A DNA stretch of 57,550 nt from Octopus bimaculoides (Eukaryota), in NCBI RefSeq assembly GCF_001194135.2, contig NC_068986.1:59342265-59399814 (forward strand), read 5' to 3'. The notes below the pieces were generated by a model. It saw nothing but the letters and a program-made list of their open reading frames with translations, did not search any database and was not told the origin of the DNA. How positions within the stretch are numbered: position 1 is the first letter of the stretch; each line of letters opens with the position of its first letter. Both the position numbers and the translations under genes were made by a program. Below are positions 34,281 to 45,023 of the stretch, piece after piece.

Positions 34281-35090
34281 GCATCAGTAGTACTTTCCAG
34301 TGATGTAAACTGAGTGATTGTATTGCCTAGATTTCCATATTGATTGAAGTCTTGTGAATGGTTATGAGTTTTGGTAAATCTTGCTTGATAGTCTATTTTG
34401 CCCCATTGATTTGGCTAATAAAGCTTCTTGTATAAGTAAAGTCATCTACATAGTCCAGTAGCTTGCTGCTGTCAATGATAGGTGCAGTTGTTGGAGTTTA
34501 TGCACATGTTTTTGAGGTATTGATGTTAAGACCTGTTTGCATTACATAGTTGCTTAACCTATCAGTTTTCTTCTGTAAATAATCTATTTGAGAAAATGAT
34601 TATCCAGTCCTTGTTGGAGTCAAGATTTTCTAGATGGGAGCAAATGACCCCTGGTGGTCACTGCTAATATGGTATTATAGTATTATACATGATCCAGTTT
34701 ATGATAACTAGGAAGGGGATGATGGAGAAAGCTGGTGTGTTATATGAAAAAAGACATGAATATAATCAATGCTTTTCACAATGGGTACCCAAAGAAAATC
34801 TGTTTCATTTTTTGGGCCAACAAATTGTTAAATGAGGAGCTGTATTGCAGAGCTGGTTGCAGTTGAGTGCTCCTTGAAGTAAAATGCAAGTGGCTCAGAA
34901 CAGGATACCAAAAGTAGTATTAAGAGAACACCAGCTTGAAAGCAAAAGCCTAGATGGTCAAAAAACACCTGGCTGACAACAATTGAAAGGGAGGTGAGAA
35001 AAACTGCACAGAGAATTGCTAAGGACATCAAATTATATCAAATTGTCAAAGCCTTATTTCCCATCTGGAAAAAAGAGTATTAATGATACT
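34281..35090. mobile_element. RTE (BovB-like) insertion with a 5'-inverted segment: ~34281-34716 on minus, ~34720-35090 on plus
   Basis: Minus: LVIINWIM..LENLD..QKKTDRLS..GLNINTSKT..LQSIWKS..KVLL. Plus: GESW..KKDMNIINAFHN..KICFIFWANKLLNEELY..RIPKVVL..IVKAL. Confidence 0.65.
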
Positions 35091-35389
35091 TATGATAATA
35101 ACGGTTGCAAATTTTGTTTGGTCAGCAATTTTGGGTTAGGGTTAAGTTGATTATATCAACCCCATAATAATGTTTTCAAATTTTGGCACAAAGCCAGGGA
35201 GCTCAGGGTAGGGATTAGGTCAATTACCTTGACCCCAGTGCTCAACGGGTACTTATTTTATCAACCCCAAAAGGATGAAAGAGGCAAAGTCAACCTCAGT
35301 GGAATTTGAACTCAGATGGACAAAATGCTCCTAAGCATTTTGCCCAGTGTGCTAATGATTCTGCTTGCTCACCACTTATCAACTCCATC

Positions 35390-35760
35390 ATCATCATCAT
35401 CGTTTAACGTCCGTTTTCAATGCTGGCATGGGCTGGATGGTTTGAATGGGGACTGGCTGCACTAGGCTGCATCAGGCTCCAATCTGATCTGGCAAGGTTT
35501 CTACAGCTGGATGCCCTTCCTAATACCAACCACTCTGATAGTGTAATGGGTGCTTTTTACATGCTACCAGCATGGGAGCCAGTCAGGATGGGGCAGGGAG
35601 TGCGACTGGCATCGACCACATTCAGATAATATTTTTACGTGCCACTGGCATGTAATGAGTACCATGCTTGAATGGTACTTATTACATGCCACCAGCATGG
35701 GTGCCAGTCAGGTGGCACTGGCATCAGCCACAACTACAATTTCCATTTTGATTTCGATCT
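35390..35760 (-). mobile_element. RTE 3'-end copy
   Basis: (CAT)n-cgtttaacgtcc..ggatgcccttcctaataccaacc plus VNTR units. Further copies at 33100-33320, 36450-36700(+), 38574-38697 and 51775-51960. Confidence 0.8.
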
Positions 35761-38050
35761 TGAAATTTAATTGGTTTCCTTCAGTAAAGCTGACTAGTGC
35801 TACTCATACAACATTCACTCAGCATTTGATATGAGTATGGCTCTTCATTTTCCATATTGTGACAACTATAGCATAAAATGTAGATGATTGAGTGAATGTA
35901 GTGTCAGACAAACAGCCAAGAGAATCATGGTTTTGTATTGTGTTATTAGTGTTGTTGTGTTTGTGGTCAAGGCTCTTGATTTCAAATGGCTTAGTTAACT
36001 TGGTTGTAAATAGGTACTGTAAAATTGGAGCAACAACACTGTGATTTATGACAAACAGCAATATGGTCACTTGATCTGTTAGAAATACCTGACAAATCTC
36101 TTCTAAAGCAACATCCTACCATCTTAAAAAGAAAGAGGTCAGATCAAATAAATTTATCTAGAGTATACAGTTTTAAGGCCTTTTATTATATGTTTACTCG
36201 ATCAAGGTTAACACAGGGCTAAACAATACCAACAGCACTGTATACTTCATTAGGTATAACAGCTAAATTGTCTCATTAGATATAACCTAGAGATGTCACT
36301 ATCTTCCCTAGCAATAAATAATTCACATAGACAGAACATTCCTCATGGTATTCAAGCCTACAAAAGTTAAAAAATTGAAACCTATGAAGGAATTTAAAAA
36401 ATATACAATTGCAAGATCTTTTCCTCGCAAGTTATTTGGTGACCCTACCTGGTTGCATCCAGTCCACACTGTAAAGTGGTTGGTGTTTGGAAGGGCATCC
36501 AGCTGTAAAAACCATGCCAAAAATGTCCACACCAGTTCTGGTGCCACATAAAAAGCACTCAGTCCACTCTAAGGTGGTTAGTGTAAAAACCCAACCAAAG
36601 CAGACAGTGAAGTGTGGTGCAGTCTTCTGTCTAGCCAGCCCCTGTCAAGCCATGGAAAATATGCCAACATGGAAAATAGATGTTAAATGATGATGATAAT
36701 GACAGTGTGCAGAAAATATCATGCATATAACATGAAGAATAGTTTCAGTACAATAGACTTAGATAGCAAATTAGCACAGTTGTTAATGTGTTGCGCCTTG
36801 CCGTATTTGTTCCAACTCTCTGCACCCTCAGGTCAAATCCAATTAAAATCAGCTAAGGCAGTGGCTTGAGGAAATTATTTAAGTATCAAACAAGATCTTT
36901 TTTATCATCTAGTTTAATACCACTATCTAGTCCTTGAGTGCTCTTTAGCAGCATTCATTCTGTTGCAATTATTGAAGCCAGTTTCTGGTTTGAAGAGAAC
37001 TTCCCTGCTTCATTCTAATCTCAATGGCTCTGAAAAAGTAAAGGTAGTGCCCCCTCTTCTCCATTACTAATCAGTATTTTAAATACAAAAACATAACACT
37101 GCACATACTAAAGGCACACAGTTGCAGTTGATTGTTCAGTGAAAGTGTGCAATAATGATAATAATAATAATTGTTTCAAAATTTTGCACAATTTTAGGGG
37201 AAGTGGGCAAGTCATAAAGTACCACTCAAGTATTGGGATTGATGTATTACATCTATCTCAGTACTTGACTGGTACTTTATTTTACTGACACTGAAAGGAT
37301 GAAAGGCAAATTTGCCCTAGCAGGATTTGAATTCGGAATGTAAAGAGCTGGAACAAACGCCACAAGTCATTTAATCCATTACTCATGATTCTTCTACTTC
37401 ACCACACTTGGCTGATGACGGTTGTGGTGGTGGCAGCAATGATTTAGACATAAGGCCAGCAATTTTGTGGGAAAGGATACCACTGACCCCAGTTTTTAAC
37501 TGGTACTTTATCTTACTGTCCCAGAAGAATGAAAGGCAAAGCTGACCTCATCAGGATTTGAACTCAGAATATAATAAGTTGGAACAGCTACTACCATGCT
37601 CTAATGATTTTTCTATTCCACCAACTATGGATGATGAGGAGAATGACAATACCTCTTCTTAATTGCTGCATCCCAAACAACAAATGACACACTATTTCTC
37701 AAAGAAAAAGAAATTATCCAAATATAAAGGATCTTAAAATGTGGAGGTTGCGCACAAGAAACAATTTCCATTAATAATTGATGCCTTGGAAATGATAAAA
37801 GAAAATCCAGAATGACATGCAAACAAATACATAGCATAACCCCAGTACTTACAAATATTCACAACTTACAGAACTTAGATACTACATACATATCACACAA
37901 GAGTACTTTCAATGCAACAGAAACAACAAAACCAAAATAAAAACCACATGTATCCAAGCTGTACAGAGTGTGCTTTGCAATGCAGTGAAAGCATGCAATA
38001 AAAATAAGTCAACTAAATAATAATAATTTTTTTTCTTTTGTATATTGAAG

Positions 38051-38174
38051 CTGTGATGCTGAGATTCCTGTTAGTGTTCTACTATTGTTCTGTGCTGAAG
38101 GGGATAATGCCTGGCATGCTAAGTATCTAGCAACAATTCTCAATCAATGGATGAATTTAGTACCAATGCCAATG
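38051..38174 (+). CDS. PSMG2: PSMG2 exon 6 (124 nt)
   Basis: AG / GTAAGT; CDAEIPVSVLLLFCAEGDNAWHAKYLATILNQWM (vertebrate AVLLKFVSEGDNIPDA..YLNEW). Confidence 0.95.
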
Positions 38175-40719
38175 GTAAGTACATACATATAATCATGCAT
38201 GGAGACATTAAGTGAGCCTCTACATGGTTACTTGACTTGTTAGAAATAGCAGCCAAATCTTTTTGAAATTACTTTCTACTCTCTTAAACAAAAAAGAAGG
38301 GCATATTGGATAATATAATTTTAAATATACAAAAAAGAAAAAGAAAAGAAAAGGAATGCCTTTGACTACAGGTTTGCTTATGAGGGGCTCAACAGTGGTA
38401 TATATATTTGTGTATTTTACTTGATATAACATGCATTTGTGAACAGTAGTGTTGTTGATTATGTTTCTTTCAATTTCCAATCACTGGTTCACTACATTTT
38501 CGATGGTAGAATAAATACCACAAAACATTGATTTACTGGTAATTTCTCACTGCCAGTATACACATCATATATATCATCATCATCATCGTTTAACGTCCGC
38601 TTTCCATGCTAGCATGGGTTGGACGATTTGACTGAGGACTGGTGCAACCGGATGGCTACACCAGGCTCCAGTCTGATTTGGCAGAGTTTCTACAGCTATC
38701 TATATTGTCCATCTGTCTGTTCATCAATCCACATACAGGCACAGGTATGGCTGTGTGGTTAAGAAGACCACTTTACAACCATGTGGTTTCAGGTTTAGCC
38801 CCACTGTGCTGTACCTTTGGTGTTTGTCATTTTTATTGCATATTTGCACTGCATTACGTTTGGAGTGAAATTGGTAGACAGAGACTGTGCAAAGCCTGTT
38901 ATATGTGTGTGTGTGTAACTTGATGGTATGCTGTAACACCTTATCACTATCATTGTCTCTCTTTTTCCAACTGGGGTTGCCTTGGATCTCATCTACTGCA
39001 AGACACCTGTTCCTGTCCTATCACCCTCTCATTACTAGACATGACACTACCATTCTCAATACTACACCCCTATTCAAATGAGGGGCTTTTCTTGAAAGTT
39101 ACTGAGTGACCTCATTAGTGCCAGTACCATGAAAAAAGTACCCAGTATACTCTGTAAAATGGTTGGCATCCAGTTGTAGAAACCATGCCAAAGCAAACTA
39201 TGGAGCCTGATGCAATCCTTGGACTCATTGATTTCTGTCAAACCACCCAAACCACTTTACAGGTTGTAGAGTCAGCACAAATGTTAAAAATTTCACTCTT
39301 TTGTCACTTTGTATGGCAAACAGTTATGAATGGGGAGGATGTGTTTTAATTTTATTATATTGATCTTTGATGTACACTTTTAAGCAGTTTACTTTTGAGT
39401 TTCTTGGAAATAAGATGGAAATAAAAAGTACACACATTGAAGTACTTTTTTTTATCTACTTTACTTATTTTTCGATCACATTGTTTACATAGATGTACTC
39501 GTATACAAAATGTAACTTTCAGTGTTGGCTCCAAAATTCTATTGAAAATCTATAGATATAACTTAAAAGTGATTGTATTGTACTACTAACACAAAAGTAT
39601 TGACCTTTAATATACTTGATAGTATATTGTGGTTGCAAAATAAAATACAGTCTCCCTACCAACAATTAACTTCACAGAGTGTCCTTGGTGTATTTTCTCA
39701 TGGCACCAACATGACTGAAGAGACCTCACAACCTTATTTTTCTGTTCTTATACAGTCTGTACAGGGTTCACTTTTACATGGCACCAAAAGCTGGAGAACT
39801 CTTGCTCTCCAATCAATCTAGAAGGAGCAGTTGGGTGAGGTTTTCCATCATAGCACCAGAGACAGAGTACCTTGTATGCAGTATATGTAAAGACTAAAAC
39901 TTAGATATCAACTAATTCAATAAAAAGCTGTTAATTTATTTTAATGTTTAATCTTACCATATATTATTTATGAGTTTTAATCTAGGTATCATTATTTTTA
40001 TAATTTTATAAATATTAATATTATTATGAGGTAGCAAGCTGACAGAATTGTTGGCATGCCAGACAAATTGCATAGTGACATTTTGTCTGACTTTATGTCC
40101 CGAGTTCTAATTCCACCAAGGTTAACTTTGCCTTTCATTCTTTAATGTTTAATTTGAGTACTGGGGTTGATGTAATTGACTTACAAGTTTCGGGCCTTGT
40201 GCCTATAGTAAAAAGGATAATTATAAGGTTATAAGCTGGCTGAATCATTAGTATGTCAGACAGAATGCTTTGTAGCATTTCTTGTGGCTCTTTATGTTCT
40301 GAGTTCAAAACCTGACACAGTCAGACTTTCCTTACGTCCTTTCAAAGTATCAATCAAATACTGGGATCAATGTAATCAACTAACCCCTTCACCTTAAAAT
40401 TGCTGACCTTGTGCCAAACTTTGGAACATCATTTGTTTGTTTTTATACCTACATGAAATTGATGAGGGATCAAGGATTCCCTGAGAGAGTTGATGGCTAA
40501 AAAGCTTGGGAATTTCTGGTTCAGATAGACTGTTCTTGAAACTTGATGGATATATTCTTGGCTTTTGTTTTCTGGGCCTAAACACCATCTGTAACATTTC
40601 TCATTGATCAATGTATTCACCAACAACAGTAAATACAACAATGAATGTAATGATAATAATAACACTGCTGGCAAATTGCAATTATGTTGATAGTGACAAT
40701 TAGAGTGTCTATGAGATTG

Positions 40720-41720
40720 CTTGGCCTACTATAAATAGCTGCTAAATCTCCCTCAAATCACACACTACTATCTTGGGAAAGGGAAGAACACAATACATAT
40801 CCCTAAAAAGACAGAATGATCATGGTTGGAATGCCTTTGATCATAGATTTGTTAAGTAACAACAGACAAAACTTAAACAGGAATGAAATGATCCAGCTAG
40901 GGATGCAAGAATAGCTGTATGTTGATTGATTCAACTAAGGCTTTGTGATTGAAATTTGGTTGATAAAATCTGTTTAAAAGACCGATGGAAGAACCGTTTG
41001 TGGTTGTCCTGGCTTAAGCTGTTGCAAACATCCTGGTTAGTCTCAGCTCTCAGAATAATTATCTTCTTTCTTCTCCCTGTTTTCAAAGACCTTGAAAAGT
41101 ATCATGAGTGTTCTTTCTCCTTTGACTGAACAATGGAACCTTTATGTGATAGTCAATGAAATCTCCATCAAATCATGCTTATATATTTGCTTTACTTGCT
41201 AGAAATAACAGCCAATTCTATGAAATCACATCATCATTAAAAATCATGAAAAACAGTTAAGTCAGAGATAAATAAGCTGAAGAGATGGATTAGTTATGGC
41301 TGAGCTAGGACTAAACAACAAACAGAATACACTGGATAATGTTGTCTTAGAAACACTATATCTGGATAAAAATGACTAGCTGCAATACTCTTGATCATAT
41401 GTCTGCTTAATCAAAAATGACATGAATCGAAACAACAGAAATAGTGATAAGAACTACAGCAATAATAATTGTGGAGCAGCATGATGGAGAAAAAGAACAA
41501 CCTGTTTACAAACATTATGGAAAAACAAGATAATATTCAATAGTCAATGAGTGAGCCTCTATATAGCTGCTTGGCTATTAGAAATACACTTTACTATAAA
41601 AAGAAAGAAGGTGGGATTCATTAGTTAATTTAATATTAGATACTGTAGACTTGAAAAAAGATGGTCAGAATGTTTTATAGGTCTACTTGATCAGAGCTTA
41701 TCTGGTGTTAAATAGCAGTC
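40720..41720 (+). repeat. Cluster of three copies of an unclassified dispersed repeat (core tagaaatagcagccaaatctccctcaaatcacac)
   Basis: Also at ~2490-2560, 3665-3800, 29500-29570(-), 34080-34230(-), 36070-36200 and 38215-38380. Confidence 0.6.
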
Positions 41721-41789
41721 AACCAATCATTATAATATTGTTTCACACGTATTTTTCAAGCCTAACTGTTTTTAATTTTCTCATTTCAG

Positions 41790-41885
41790 TCTCCAAACTT
41801 ACTATTGCCATCAGATATCTGGAAAATTCCCCCATCATGGAGACTCACATTTGGAAATACATTTGACCAAACTCTGTTCCATTGA
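41790..41885 (+). CDS. PSMG2: PSMG2 exon 7 (terminal); total CDS 855 nt, 284 aa
   Basis: TTTCAG acceptor; SPNLLLPSDIWKIPPSWRLTFGNTFDQTLFH* (vertebrate WKIPSSWRLLFG); AATAAA at ~42012. Confidence 0.95.
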   Translation, partial: SPNLLLPSDIWKIPPSWRLTFGNTFDQTLFH

Positions 41886-43299
41886 CCAGAAATATTTTTG
41901 CTTGAAAGACTTAAATAAATTATCTTATTGTCACCATTCTACATTAATTTCATTCTATTCATCATAGAAACATTTTCATCCAATAATTTCTCTTCCAAAC
42001 TTATAAAAAGTAATAAAATAAAAATTATTAATTTTTCTTCTTTCTTAAGAAATTATGTTGTTAGAAGACTAAAGAATATTGACCAGATGATAAACATTGT
42101 TCTCTGAGATTTTTTTTTTTTTTTTTACACCATGCTTAAGTCGATTCCTGTATATTATCAATTTATGTGTTTTGTAATGCTGGCATAGGTCAAATGAATT
42201 GTCACAGTCTAAGTTACTTTTTCTCTTGTAGTTACTGCCCTTCTGCATGGGTTAGGAACTTGTATCTCACTAATTCATTCCATTTTGAGTTTACGTTCTA
42301 TGGTTGGATGCTCTTCTTAATGACAACTACTTTACAGAATGTAGTGGGTGTATTTTATTATGTAAATAGCACTTGAGGGTTTTCTTGTCTCAGGCAAGAC
42401 TAAAGAGCCCTCTTTAATCTGTTGTCTTCTTTCATATATCAACTACTTTACAGATTGTATGGGGTGCATCTTATTGTTGAACTAACACTAGTGATGATGA
42501 CTCTGATGGTCCAAGGCAGCATGACTAGGAAATGAAGAGGAGAGAGGGAGACAGTGCCAGGATAAGAAGGTGAGAGAAAAGAAAAGATAGAAGAGACTCA
42601 GACAGTTTTATGTTGGTAACTACAATGCATATTTTTTCTGATAAAAGCCAATATTATATAGAAAACCATAGACACTTTTCCAACAAAATCACCAGTACCT
42701 ATAAGAAAATAAGCTTTACGACTCTCCATATTATTAATTTAGAAGCAAATGAAGTAGCTGCCAGCCAGTAAATAAATGATAATGTAGAAATTTAAAATTC
42801 AACCCTTCTAGTAAATCTAATGATAAATTGCAATATATTAATATAAACTCCATCTCTCAATAATCCTTAGAAAGCTACTTATAAATATTAGTAAGCCCAT
42901 GTCTAGCTTATCCTTTGATATACTGCTTATTATTACAATGACACATTAAAAGATATTATATATAAGACCACGCTATAATACTAAGAAACAAAAGCAGTAT
43001 ATTATATACTCTTCCGTATAGCTTAAATAAAGGCACTGCTTCAATTGCTAGTATGAAGAAAAAGAAAGAAGTTCAGTACAAACAGGCAGAACTCTTCTCT
43101 ATATAATTTCAGTAACCTTTCAAAAGTATTAATTTACTGAGCTAAAAATCTTTTAAAAGAAGATTCTTGCAGCATATATACACATTCACTCAGAAGTTGC
43201 CTCATTATCCAAATATACCTGAACCTTTAAAGGATGTAAATTACGTTTCATTGGTCCCTCTACATTAATGTTAATACTCATAATATATAACTGTAGAAA

Positions 43300-44000
43300 C
43301 CATATCAAACAATTGGAATGTATGGACAAGATGTCTATGAAGGAAGTTGCCTAGGATTTTTTAGCCTAGTTTCAGACAAATTCTGTTGCTCAATAATATG
43401 CACCATATACATACTTCCTGGGGTACATAATCATCCCTTTGCCACCTCTTCAATCCAGAACTCTCTGGTATACATCCTGGTTAACCTCATCATTACTGGT
43501 TAACCACATCATTAGTGGGTTTGAACCCACAGTAAAGATGTGGAAAGGAAACTTGGTTTCGATTACCCTGGGAACATTATGCAGGCTGACTGCTAGCTAC
43601 CTGTTATTCTGCTTGTTGTATACCTTGCTCTGGCAAAAGTATTTTTCCTCTGAGAAAAACGTTTGGTTCCAGTGGGATCTTCAACTTGTTCAGTAGCTTC
43701 TTTGCCTTTTTCACATGGTGCTCCTTTAACTTCTGAGCAGGCAGCTATCCTGTTTGCATCTTATAAGACTTGTAGGTCTTTATTTACACAAATCCTAACA
43801 ATCTTCTCATCACAGCCCAGTTGCCTGGCAATCTTGCATATCCCAATGGAGATGTTTTCCTCAATGAACTACTCAACTTTCTGGATGAAATCAACATCTC
43901 TCATCCCTTGTTTACTGCAATTATTTGTTTTCCTAGCAGTGATTGTGTCAGTACCAATGGCCTTGTTATTCCTGCCTGTGCAGACTGTATGAACCATTAC
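43300..44000 (-). mobile_element. Decayed maT/DD37D-like transposase remnant
   Basis: ..DFIQKVE*FIEENISIGICKIARQLGCDEKIVR..FSEEKYF..KVYNKQNNR..ETKFP, the same domain order as 15726-16937. Confidence 0.65.
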
Positions 44001-44198
44001 CTTCCTTTTCCATTCCTCAGGCCACTTATATTCTTTTAATCTGGATTTGCCAGGTACATTCTGAAAGGAAAGCAACATTAGCTTACATTGTTTCAAAATA
44101 GTATTTTACTTTTTGTTTAAACAGGTGCCAATTTAAAATGCACATTCTGTAAACTTTGTTCATTTGCTTAATATCCATTTTCTCATGCCAGCATGGGT

Positions 44199-45023
44199 TA
44201 TGCAGTGACAGGAAGAATAGTGTGCTGGATGAAATGTGCTTGAACGTGTTTTATGTTACAGAAGCATTTCATTACTCAAAATTTTGCCATAACATGGAAA
44301 TTTGTACTGTGAAACTTATTTCCATTGAAGGAGAATTTTATAGAATGGTGCTCTCCTTGTTGCCAATCCTTACCTTTTCTATTCAAGGTTGTCAAAAGCA
44401 CATAGTGACTGGTCACAATGTCAACCACTTTGCTTAACCAGTGACAAACATTAATTATATTTGTTCCCAAGGGATTGGGCAGCCTGAGGTTATAGTAGAA
44501 GACACTCGAGGTGCTAACCAGTGGAACTGAACCTGAAGCCACATGATTAAGAAGTGAAGTTTTTAACCGCACAGTCATGTCTGCATCTAGAAAATCTAAT
44601 CTAAGACAGCGCATCCCATACATTTCTAAGCTGTACCCACAGGAGCAATTATAGCTATGCATAGCACCTATATACATTAGGTAAATGGAATCACTATAAA
44701 ACTGATTAAATCAACTTAAGAATAGGTCAGATATTTAACTGACTTAAAGAGAACTAAAAGCCAAAGTCAATTTCGGCCAGATTTGAACTTAGGACTTGGC
44801 AGCAAATCTACTACATTACAAAAAATCTTGGTGTAATGATGAATTCCATAATGTAAACAGTATTTTCTCCAAGACATTCATGTCTCATGAGAGTCAATGG
44901 AAATAAGTTTCACAGTACAAATTTCCATGTTATGGCAAAATTTTGAGTAATGAAATGCTTCTGTAACATAAAACATGTTCAAGCACATTTCATCCAGCAC
45001 ACTATTCTCCTTGCTACTGCATA
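44199..45023. repeat. 130-bp inverted repeats (44199-44328 and 44894-45023) around a 565-bp spacer containing SINE debris
   Basis: Arms match by eye apart from a few substitutions near the outer end; outer termini TA|TGCAGT...ACTGCA|TA. Confidence 0.85.
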
